Assembly (NCBI GenBank): GCA_044866005.1
Contig: JBIOTN010000037.1
Location: forward strand, 1-36,828
DNA length: 36,828 nucleotides
DNA from: Candidatus Rokuibacteriota bacterium
GTDB lineage: Bacteria > Methylomirabilota > Methylomirabilia > Rokubacteriales > DASRDR01
Direction: 5' to 3'
The notes beneath the pieces are model-generated. The model worked only from the letters and a program-made list of their open reading frames with translations. It did not search any database and was not told the DNA's origin. This document shows, in pieces, positions 27,040-34,781 of this stretch. Numbering within the stretch: the first letter of the stretch is position 1; each line of letters opens with the position of its first letter. The position numbers were made by a program, and so were the translations under genes.

Positions 27040-27630
27040 GTGGAGGTCCGGCCGTTGAGGCCGCCGCTCGAGGAGGCGGTGGTGCGCGAGCTCAGGGCGG
27101 GGGACACGGTCACCGTCGACGGCCCCGTGTACGGGCTGCGCGACGCGACCCTCGTCCGGATCTTCGACCAGGGCCAGCCTCCGCCCGTCGACCTCCGCGG
27201 CGCCGTCGTCCTCCACACCGCGCCGAACGTGGCGCGGGCAGCGGACGGCGGCTACCTGCCGCTCTCGGTGGGGACGACGACGAGCATGCGGATGGACCGC
27301 TTCACGCGGCCTCTCCTCGAGCGCTACGGCGTGCGGGCCATCGTGGGGAAAGGGGGCCTCTCGGCCGACAGCCTCGCCGGCCTCCGCGAGCACGGCGCCG
27401 TGTATCTCGCGATCACCGGCGGCGCGGCCGCCCTGGAGACCGTTCAGATCGAGGCGATCGAGGGGGTCTGGTGGGAGGACCTGATGCCCGAGTGTCTCTG
27501 GCGCTTCCGGGTGCGCGGGCTCGGGCCGCTGATCGTCGCGATGGACGCCGCGGGCGGCGACCTCTACGCGGACGTCCTGGCGGAGGCGAAGAGCCGGCTC
27601 GCCGGCATCTACGCCCGGCTCGGCCTCTAA
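27040..27630 (+). CDS. Fe-S hydro-lyase, fumarate hydratase / L-tartrate dehydratase beta subunit
   Basis: LRAGDTV, RDA, GTTTSMRMD, VGKGG, GGAAA and GPLIVAMD. Starts 1 nt after the alpha subunit stop. Confidence 0.9.
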   Translation: MEVRPLRPPLEEAVVRELRAGDTVTVDGPVYGLRDATLVRIFDQGQPPPVDLRGAVVLHTAPNVARAADGGYLPLSVGTTTSMRMDRFTRPLLERYGVRAIVGKGGLSADSLAGLREHGAVYLAITGGAAALETVQIEAIEGVWWEDLMPECLWRFRVRGLGPLIVAMDAAGGDLYADVLAEAKSRLAGIYARLGL

Positions 27631-27637
27631 GTCTTTC

Positions 27638-27738
27638 TCGGGGGGGTCTCGGAAGATATTGCTCGGAGGGGGGCGCTGCCCCCCGTCCGATGCCTCCCCC
27701 CGGGAATCGTTGCGCGGGCAAAGCCCGCGCTCGGAGCG
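27638..27738 (+). repeat. REP-like element, composite copy 3
   Basis: Half hairpin tcgggggggtctcggaaga, followed by variant hairpin tcggagggggg-cgctg-ccccccgtccga, tgcctcccccc, and gcgcgggc-aaa-gcccgcgc-tcggagcg. Confidence 0.8.
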
Positions 27739-27845
27739 CCTCGATCACCGTGGGCGTGAACCCGGGGGCGGCTCCGCTGTCACTCACGCAGGCCGTCGGG
27801 CCTCCCCGGCGGAGTGTCCGCGGCCGGTTCAGCTCCGCCGGGCGC

Positions 27846-28991
27846 TCAGCGCAGCCCGGCGCCGCGTGACGGCTGCGCCGCGTCGTGCGGCGGCGTGCCG
27901 GTCTCGATGAGCGTCTTCATGCGCACGAGGTCGGCGTCCATCTCGCTCTTGGGATCGGCGCCGAAGAGCGTCGCCACGGCGTGGCCGACCGCGCCGGCCG
28001 GCGGGTTGTACGACATCCGCACGTGGACGCGCGTGGACCCGTCGCGGTTCGGCTGGAACCGCACGACCCCGGCGTGCTCGACCGGTGAGCCGGGGACCGT
28101 CTTCCAGGCCAAGAGCTCGTTCGGGACCTGCCGCGTGATCTCGGCGTCCCACTCGATCGGGATCCCGGCGGGCCCGGCCACGGTCCAGCGGGAGCGGCCG
28201 TCGCCCCGGTCCTGGACGTCGCGCACGTTCGACATGAAGCGCGGGAAGCTCCGGTAGTCCGACCAGAAAGCGTAGACTTCTTCCACCGGCGCCGCGATGG
28301 TGAGCGTCTTGGCGATGTCGATGGCGCGCCGGCCGGCCCCGATCCCGAACAAGCGCTTGAACTCCAGGTCGGTCAGCCCGCGGGCCAGGAGGCCGAGGCC
28401 CGCCAGGCCGCCGACGGCTCCGAGCGCGCTACGACGCGCGCCGGCCAGGGCGACGAGCGCCCCGCCGGTGACGCCGGCCAGCAGTCGCGCGGTGGGCGAC
28501 CAGTGCGTCTGCCTGAGCTCGCTCCGCGGCTCGCGCCGCACGCCGCCCTGCAAGCCGGGGATGTCCCCGGCGCGCTCGCGCGCCTGGAGGCGGCTCATCA
28601 CGGCGGTCACCCCCGGCACGGCGGCGACGACCGCCAGCAGCGGGTCCACCTCCTGGCTCAGGATGGGGCCGCTCAACGTGACCCGCCCCTGCTGGGCGGA
28701 GACGTGGATCGAGCCGGGATGAGAGACGACCCGGCCCAGCTCGGCCCGGACGCGCTCGGCGACCACGGCGTCGCTGGCCTCCCGGCTCCCGAGCCGGGAG
28801 CGAACTTCGGCGGCGAGCCCGAGCGTGCGGTTCCGCAGATCCCGCGCGGTCGCTCCCGCGGCGGCACCCGTCTTGTTGGCGGATCGAACCATCTTGTCGC
28901 GCACCAGGGCCCGGCGCCGGGCCCCCGCCTGCGGATCGAGGGCGTACATGAGCGCGGCGCCGAGGCCGAATCCGGCTAAAACAGCCCACAT
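27846..28991 (-). CDS. BON domain + SRPBCC (polyketide cyclase-like) domain protein
   Basis: N-terminal GAALMYALDP..G.RRRA, BON-like SD..VAERVRAELGR...GRVTLSG, and SRPBCC APVEEVYAFW....FPRFM...SRW...EWDAEIT. Confidence 0.88.
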   Translation of the reverse strand: MWAVLAGFGLGAALMYALDPQAGARRRALVRDKMVRSANKTGAAAGATARDLRNRTLGLAAEVRSRLGSREASDAVVAERVRAELGRVVSHPGSIHVSAQQGRVTLSGPILSQEVDPLLAVVAAVPGVTAVMSRLQARERAGDIPGLQGGVRREPRSELRQTHWSPTARLLAGVTGGALVALAGARRSALGAVGGLAGLGLLARGLTDLEFKRLFGIGAGRRAIDIAKTLTIAAPVEEVYAFWSDYRSFPRFMSNVRDVQDRGDGRSRWTVAGPAGIPIEWDAEITRQVPNELLAWKTVPGSPVEHAGVVRFQPNRDGSTRVHVRMSYNPPAGAVGHAVATLFGADPKSEMDADLVRMKTLIETGTPPHDAAQPSRGAGLR

Positions 28992-29048
28992 GGTCGCATC
29001 CCCCGCGATCTGGAGCCCTGGAGTGGTACCGAGCCGGGTCGCATCGGT

Positions 29049-29064
29049 TTCAAGAAGCGTACCG
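29049..29064 (-). promoter_or_regulatory. Sigma54-like promoter for the BON/SRPBCC gene
   Basis: CGGTACGCTTCTTGAA, with a non-canonical GA at -12, ~58 nt upstream of the ATG. Confidence 0.4.
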
Positions 29065-29157
29065 ACCGCGCGATGTGGGCCGGACGCGCGTATCCGGGTA
29101 TCGCCTTTGCACCCGGGACCGCGGCCGTGCGGCTTCCGCTTTGAGCAGGTCAGGCCT

Positions 29158-29973
29158 TCAGGCCGGGGTCGCCGAGGGCCGCTCCTGCCGGGGCTCGGCG
29201 GGACGTGAGCCGTCCCCGTCCCCCGGCGCTCCGGCGACGGGCAGCTCGAAGAGACGGAACGGCAGCTGGCCGGGGAAGGCGTGCTCGAGCAGGGGCATGG
29301 CCACGTTGTAGACCGGCACCTGTCCCCGGGTCCGGCCTTCCGGCGTCCCGCGGTGCGCGTGGCCGTGGAAGACGGCCGTGACGGGATAGTGGGTCAGCGG
29401 CTCCTCGAGCCGGCTGGAGCCGAGGAAGGGAAAGATCTCGCGGGGCTCGCCCTCCACGGTCCCCTGGATCGGGGCGTAGTGGAGCAGGCAGATCCGGTGA
29501 GGCGTGCGCAGCCGGGCCAGCGCGGACTCGAGCTTCAACGCCTCCTCGACGGCCTCGTGCACGAAGCGCTTGATCGACTCCTCCCCCCAGGCCTGGAGCG
29601 CGCGCTCCCCGAACCCGCCCCCGAAGCCTTTCACCCCGGCGAACCCGACCCCGTGGACCTCGCAGGCGTCGCCGTCCAGCACGTGCGCCCCCAGGTCGGT
29701 GAGGATCTGCCGGATCTCGTCCTGCTGGTTCGACTCGTATTCGTGGTTGCCGAGCACGGCCACGATGGGGACCTTGAGCCCGGCGGTGAGCTCCTTCGCC
29801 AGGACGCGCGCCTCCCCGGCGAGGCCGTGGTTGATCAGGTCGCCGCACAGGAGCAGCACGTCGGCGCGCTGGGTGACCTCGGCGAAGAGGGGCTGGAGCT
29901 TGCCTTGCGCGGCCTGGTCACAGTGGAGGTCGCCCATCGCCGCGATACGCACCACCTCCTTCGGGCTGGTCAT
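29158..29973 (-). CDS. Calcineurin-like metallophosphoesterase
   Basis: All five metal-binding motifs present: GDLH, CGDL, GNHE, LHY and HGHAH. Confidence 0.92.
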   Translation of the reverse strand: MTSPKEVVRIAAMGDLHCDQAAQGKLQPLFAEVTQRADVLLLCGDLINHGLAGEARVLAKELTAGLKVPIVAVLGNHEYESNQQDEIRQILTDLGAHVLDGDACEVHGVGFAGVKGFGGGFGERALQAWGEESIKRFVHEAVEEALKLESALARLRTPHRICLLHYAPIQGTVEGEPREIFPFLGSSRLEEPLTHYPVTAVFHGHAHRGTPEGRTRGQVPVYNVAMPLLEHAFPGQLPFRLFELPVAGAPGDGDGSRPAEPRQERPSATPA

Positions 29974-29980
29974 CCCGGCG

Positions 29981-30787
29981 TCAGTTCCCTTCGATGGCGG
30001 CGGTCCACTGCGCGATGTCCGCCGTGGTCATGGTGCCTTCCGGGAGCCGGCGCGGGTCGTGATAGCCCCAGCACTCGATGTCCACCAGGTACTGTTCCCG
30101 CGACAGGATCGTTCCCTGGCAGATCCGATCCCGGGGCGGGGGGCTCGCCGCCTCCGCCCGCAGCCGCTCGAGGAGCTCCCGCATGACGGTCTGGGGGATG
30201 CGCGTCCGCTCCCCGGGATAGACGAAGCCGAACAGGACGAGATGGCTCAACAGCACCCGCCACCGCGAGTCGAAGCGGCCGAGCAGGCGCGCCCAGTCGA
30301 GCTCCTCGGCGCGCGCGCGCAAGAGGTGGGCGATGTCGGCCCCGTCGTAGCGCTCCCGCTCCATGATGAACGCCTTCGACCAGATCATCTCCTCGGCGGG
30401 ACAGAGCCGTACCGGCGTGCCCAGCACCTCGTCGTCCACCGCGTGCTCGAACCAGAGGTCGTCGACGCGGGCCACCCCGTTCCCGGAGCTGAAGATCACG
30501 TCGATGAACTCGTCGCCGCAGTGCGCCTTCGCCAGCCAGTGCGGAAAGGTGATCTCGGTCCGGCAGCCGGCGCTCTCGAGCGCCGCGAGCGCGCGGCGGC
30601 AGTCCGCCCGTCGGAGGAAGATGTCGAAGTCCTTGGTGTGCCGGGCGATGCCGGTATAGCGCTCGATGGCGTAGGCGCCCCCGACGAGAAAGGGCACGCC
30701 CGCCTCCCGGAGGCTCTCCAGCATCCGGCGATAGAAGGCCAGGGCGCCGGCCTCCAGCCCGTCTTTACCCGGTCGGCACATCGACAT
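29981..30787 (-). CDS. Nucleotidyltransferase family protein (pol-beta superfamily)
   Basis: LVGGAYA....G..R.TKDFD (GG...DxD), a third Asp in FIDVIF, and KAFIMERERYDGAD. Start uncertain (30781, 30787 or 30820). Confidence 0.82.
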   Translation of the reverse strand: MSMCRPGKDGLEAGALAFYRRMLESLREAGVPFLVGGAYAIERYTGIARHTKDFDIFLRRADCRRALAALESAGCRTEITFPHWLAKAHCGDEFIDVIFSSGNGVARVDDLWFEHAVDDEVLGTPVRLCPAEEMIWSKAFIMERERYDGADIAHLLRARAEELDWARLLGRFDSRWRVLLSHLVLFGFVYPGERTRIPQTVMRELLERLRAEAASPPPRDRICQGTILSREQYLVDIECWGYHDPRRLPEGTMTTADIAQWTAAIEGN

Positions 30788-30829
30788 GTCTTGCGTCCTG
30801 TCACGGCGGTGGGAAGCCACCCTCGAGCA

Positions 30830-30845
30830 TGCATTCTCGATGCCG
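30830..30845 (-). promoter_or_regulatory. Sigma54-like promoter for the NTase-phosphoesterase pair
   Basis: CGGCATCGAGAATGCA (GG-N10-GC), ~43 nt upstream of ATG 30787. Confidence 0.45.
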
Positions 30846-30897
30846 CTCCTGGCCCGGCGATCGGCGTGGCGGCGGCGCGGCCATGGGCGGACCTAAC

Positions 30898-31590
30898 TTA
30901 GACGCTGAACGGGTAGGTGTCCGGCGCCTCGCCGCGCTCCCAGCCCGCGGTACGCTCGAGCGGCTCCAGGGTGCGCGTCTCGTCGAAGTGGAGCAGGGCG
31001 TTGAACTGCTCGGCGAGCCGGGCTTCGAAATAGTGACTCGCCCGTTCCGTCTCCGGGAGATACTTGCGCTCGGCCGGCGCGCCCCAGTCGGCGGCAGCCG
31101 TCACGCTGCCGTGATGGGTCGTGAACCCGACCAGCACGGCGTCGCGACCGTCTCGCTCCCGCACGAGCTGCCCGACGTTCAGCGCGCCCTCGGCGCCCAT
31201 CCAGGTCGCGCGGGCATCGCCGAGGTGCGAGTTGTGCGCCCAGAGGACCACCTTCGCCCCGCCTGGCCCGCGGTCCCCGCGGTCGAGATAGGCGACGAGC
31301 CCGTCCAGCGCCTCCGCCATGTGGCGGTCGCGCAGGTTCCACGACTCGACGCGACCGCGGAACATCGCCCGGGTAGTATTCCTCGGCGTTCTTGACGACC
31401 CGGGCGTTCTGCTCGGCGTACTGTCGGCGTCCCGGCGCTGCCCCTAGCGATTGGCGCGGTAGGCGTCGGGCCAGTCCGCCTCGACCGCGACGGCCGCGAA
31501 GCCCTTCTCGAGGATGAGCCGCTTCGTGATCCGGGCGCGCTCCTCAGTAGAACTCGTGCGTGCCGTGGGAGGCCTCGCCGAGAGAGACGG
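30898..31590 (-). pseudogene. Degraded erythromycin-esterase-family gene
   Basis: Fragments in different frames: LGEASHGTHEFY*, ERARITKRLILEKGFAAVAVEADWPDAYRANR*, YAEQNARVVKNAEEYY(frameshift), and MFRGRVESWNLRDRHM..WAHNSHLGDARAT..PDTYPFSV. Large internal parts are missing. Confidence 0.85.
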
Positions 31591-31715
31591 CGCGGGAGCG
31601 CCGCGTCGAGGGGCGTCCCCACCCGCCTCGCCGGCCGGCGCGGTAAGCGCGCTCCGCTCGGCGCTCCGGCGGGTCTTGGCCTTGGCGCGCCGCCTGTGCC
31701 GGCGCTCCTCGCTTG

Positions 31716-32453
31716 CTACGTGGCGAGCGCGCGCAGCCGCGCGGCGTTCCGCACGGCGAAGGCCTTCCAGTCGTTGTTGAAGTAGACGTAGACGTCCCGG
31801 CCCTCCCGCCGCCACGTTCGGATCGCCCGCGCGTCCGCCTGGAGCCGCGCGGCGTCGTAGGAGCCGCCGTGGCCGCGGGCGCCGTGGCGGCGCACGTAGA
31901 CGAAGTCGGCCGTCAGCGGCCCCGTGACCGGCACCTCGCGCCAGTCCGCGAGACAGAGGGCCACGCCGGCCTTCTCCAGGCGCGCCGTCGCTTCCCGATC
32001 CAGCCACGACGGGTGCCGGACCTCGAGCGCGGCCCGGAGCCCCGGGACCAGGCGCTGGCGGTCGAGCGCCGCGAGGAACCGCTCCAGCCGCGGGAGGTCG
32101 AGGTGGAAGTTCGCCGGCAGCTGGAAGAGCACCGGCCCCAGCGCGCCCTCCAGGCGCCGGGCGCGCTGGAGGAACAACCGGAGCGGGCCCGCCGGGTCCC
32201 GGAGCCGCCTGATGTGCGTCAGGAACCGGCTCGCCTTCACCGCGAAGACGAACCCCCGCGGGACCTGGTCCCCCCACGCGGCGAAGGTCTCGGCCGACGG
32301 AAGCCGGTAGAAGGGGTTGTTCAGCTCGAGGGAGTCGAACCGGTCGGCGTAGAACCGAAGCCAGGCGCGCGCCGGGAGGCGCGTGGGGTAGAAGCGCTCC
32401 CGCCAGTGCCCGTACACGTAGCCACTGGTCCCGACGTAGAGGTCACCGGCCAT
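31716..32453 (-). CDS. DUF72 (YecE-like) protein
   Basis: YVGTSGY.Y.HW...FYP, ELNNPFYRLP, FAVKASRFLTH, LFQLP, YVRRHG and YVYFNND. Confidence 0.92.
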   Translation of the reverse strand: MAGDLYVGTSGYVYGHWRERFYPTRLPARAWLRFYADRFDSLELNNPFYRLPSAETFAAWGDQVPRGFVFAVKASRFLTHIRRLRDPAGPLRLFLQRARRLEGALGPVLFQLPANFHLDLPRLERFLAALDRQRLVPGLRAALEVRHPSWLDREATARLEKAGVALCLADWREVPVTGPLTADFVYVRRHGARGHGGSYDAARLQADARAIRTWRREGRDVYVYFNNDWKAFAVRNAARLRALAT

Positions 32454-32454
32454 C

Positions 32455-32982
32455 TCACGCGCGGTCGGCGACGGCCTGCGGCGCTCGCTTGCGAAGCATG
32501 AGGAGCGACGCCACCAGCGCGAGCGTGAGCAGGGTCAGGATCCCCAGCTCGATCATGGCGTTCCGGAACCCCACGTCGCCGCGTTCCGCCACCTTGGAGA
32601 ACTCCGCCGTCAGGACGAGGATCCGTCGCATGGCCGCGATGAGCCCCACGACGAGGAAAGGCTCGGGCACGAGGGCGTGCTCGCGGAAAGAGACCTGCAC
32701 CGTGTAGAGGATCTCCACGATCATCAGGATCAGGAGGATCCGGTCGAGCAGCGTCACGACGTCGTCCGGGAGCCGCCCGGCCGTCAGGCTCTGCCCGAAC
32801 GCGAAGAGGCCGTGGCCGAGCATGACGAGGGCGCTACCGGCCAGGAGCACGCCGAGCCCCACGTAGACCAGGTCCTCGATGCGGGCGAAGACCTGCGCGA
32901 CCCGCTCGCGCACCGGTCCCCGCTCGCTGCCGTCCGGCAGCCTCCGCTCGTCGCGCCGCGCCACTCTCAGGCCGTCGTCCAT
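32455..32982 (-). CDS. PsiE-family (phosphate-starvation-inducible) membrane protein
   Basis: Start re-called at ATG 32982 behind GGAGGAG. Four TM helices; LDRILLILMIVEILYTV and EPFLVVGLIAAMRRIL. Confidence 0.82.
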   Translation of the reverse strand: MDDGLRVARRDERRLPDGSERGPVRERVAQVFARIEDLVYVGLGVLLAGSALVMLGHGLFAFGQSLTAGRLPDDVVTLLDRILLILMIVEILYTVQVSFREHALVPEPFLVVGLIAAMRRILVLTAEFSKVAERGDVGFRNAMIELGILTLLTLALVASLLMLRKRAPQAVADRA

Positions 32983-33030
32983 CGCACTCCTCCCCCTCCT
33001 CTGCAATCCGAAGGCCGCGCGGCCGCCCGC

Positions 33031-33046
33031 CGGTACCGCCTTTGCA
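33031..33046 (+). promoter_or_regulatory. Sigma54-like promoter for the small Cys-rich gene
   Basis: CGGTACCGCCTTTGCA (GG-N10-GC), ~70 nt upstream of ATG 33118. Confidence 0.55.
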
Positions 33047-33117
33047 CGGGAGACCCTGAGTCCGAGTGCCAGGGGGGCGGCGGCGGGACGCCTGCCGCCC
33101 GGCGGCAGGAGGAGAAG

Positions 33118-33345
33118 ATGCCACGCTGCGAGGTCTGCAGTAACGACTACGACAAGACGATGGAGATCACCTACCAGGGGCGGCGCCACGTCTTCGACAG
33201 CTTCGAGTGCGGGATCCACGCGCTGGCGCCCCGGTGCGACCACTGCGGCTGCCGCATCATCGGCCACGGGGTGGAGAGCGACGGCCAGATGTTCTGCTGC
33301 GCCCACTGCGCCCGGAAGATCGGCATCCAGGAGGTCCGGGCCTAA
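33118..33345 (+). CDS. Small Cys/His-rich metal-binding protein (metallothionein-like, 75 aa)
   Basis: Strong AGGAGGAG RBS. CEVC...FDSFEC..H...P.CDHCGC....HG.......CCAHC. Hidden at the 3' end of the 32677..33345 ORF. Confidence 0.85.
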   Translation: MPRCEVCSNDYDKTMEITYQGRRHVFDSFECGIHALAPRCDHCGCRIIGHGVESDGQMFCCAHCARKIGIQEVRA

Positions 33346-33502
33346 GGCCCACGCCGCCCGCCCGGCGATCCCCCGCAGGGCCGGCGTCGGCCTGCCGGCG
33401 GACCGCCGGTGCCGTGCCCCTGTTCTCCCGCGAACGATCGTCGAGGGCCCCGCCCGGCCGCTGACAGGGCCCCCACTCCCGGTCTCGGCCGTCGCCCCGG
33501 CG

Positions 33503-33709
33503 TGGGCGGGCGGCTATTGCCCGGTCTGCGGGGCCTGGCCGGCGCTCGTCGAGGCCCGGGGGGTCGAGCGCGCCCGCCGGCTTCGCTGCGGTCGTTGCGG
33601 GGGCGACTGGCGCGGCGACTGGCTGCGCTGTCCCTACTGCGGCACCACGGAGCCCGACGAGCTCGGATCGCTCGTGCCCGAGACCGCCGGCGAGCGACGC
33701 CGCGTGGAT
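33503..33709 (+). pseudogene. fdhE: FdhE (formate dehydrogenase accessory protein) internal fragment
   Basis: W..GYCPVCG.WP...R.LRCGRCG..W...WLRCPYCG. Lacks a start/N-terminal domain and the final CxxC. Confidence 0.65.
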
Positions 33710-33933
33710 CAAGCGCCAGCTCCTCGAGCGCGCCGTCGAGGACGGATCCCGACCCCGACGCCTTCGAGGGCTGGCTCCTCGACTACTGCCTGGACGGGTC
33801 GGCCGGCCCCTCCGTCGGCGCCGTCCGGGCGATGGCGGCCGACGTCCTGGCCGAATGGCGGCTCGCCCAGTCGGTGCCCGCCTTCGCCGACTGGCTCGGC
33901 CGGGGGGCGCCCTCGGACGACGCCCGCCCCTGA
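33705..33933 (+). pseudogene. C-terminal fragment of a hypothetical protein, frameshifted
   Basis: WIKRQLLERAVED, then a frame change to DPDPDAFEGWLLDYC...WLGRGAPSDDARP*. Coding-like codon use but no credible start. Confidence 0.45.
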
Positions 33934-34099
33934 GTCTTCACCGGGTGTGCCGTCACGCAGTCCTTGCGCGTCGGCGGCCCGACGGCGTGTAAGGTTTTCA
34001 GCCTAAGGCGCTCACTTTACTCCCAACGCCGGGGGAGCATCCCGGGGGCCCCTCCGTCCGTTCCATTGCCGGGCGCCGGTTTCCCGGCGCCGGCCGCGT

Positions 34100-34115
34100 C
34101 GGCACAGCCTGTGCA
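34100..34115 (+). promoter_or_regulatory. Sigma54-like promoter for the DksA/TraR gene
   Basis: CGGCACAGCCTGTGCA (GG-N10-GC), 31 nt upstream of ATG 34147. Confidence 0.55.
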
Positions 34116-34146
34116 ACGCCTCGCAGCAGCCCGAAAGGAGGGCGCC

Positions 34147-34560
34147 ATGAAGCCGAAGGAGCGGCTGGACAGCCGGACAGCCACGGAGATCGAGCACTTC
34201 CTCAAGGAGCGGCACGCCAAGCTCAAGGAATCGGTCCGGAGCGTCGTGAGCGAGCGCCGCACGAACGAGGCCGCGCGCACCGCGGACATCACCGTGTGGG
34301 CGACCGAGACGCTCCACGACGAGATCCAGGTCGCTCTCATGGACCGCCAGAGCCGGCAGGTCGCGCAGATCGAGGCGGCCCTGGAGCGCCTGACCCGCGG
34401 CGAGTACGGCATCTGCCACGACTGCGAGGAGTTCATCGGGCTGGCTCGCCTCCGCGCCCTGCCGTTCGCCCAGCGCTGCAGCACCTGTCAGGCGCGGCTC
34501 GAGCGGAAGGCCCGGCAGTTCGCCCGGCCCGTGTCCAGCGGGATGGCCGACGCGGCCTGA
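34147..34560 (+). CDS. TraR/DksA family C4 zinc-finger protein
   Basis: Start re-called behind AAGGAGG. Coiled coil followed by IEAALERL..GEYGICHDCEEFI...RLRALPFAQRCSTCQ. Confidence 0.9.
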   Translation: MKPKERLDSRTATEIEHFLKERHAKLKESVRSVVSERRTNEAARTADITVWATETLHDEIQVALMDRQSRQVAQIEAALERLTRGEYGICHDCEEFIGLARLRALPFAQRCSTCQARLERKARQFARPVSSGMADAA

Positions 34561-34781
34561 CGGCATGCCCGAGCTGACCGACCCGCTCGTCGCCGCCGTT
34601 CTCCTCGCCCGGGCGCTCCGGGCGCTGGTGCCCCTGGTCCCGTCGCGGGACCTCGCCCCCGTCTTCGGGCTCTCCTGCGGCCCCGGCTAAGACCCTCCTC
34701 CGGCCAGACCGCTCCGGCCCGCTTCCGCCGCTTCCTCCCGCCGAGCCCGGACCCTCCGGGCTCGGCGCGTTCGCGGCCGGC

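Noticed and set aside
30898..31365. Functional macrolide-resistance esterase
   Set aside because: Only a fragment of a frameshifted, internally deleted gene, and most members of this family are not shown to confer resistance.
34565..34690. 41-aa hydrophobic ORF after the DksA-like gene
   Set aside because: No RBS or recognisable motif; cannot be distinguished from chance or a remnant.
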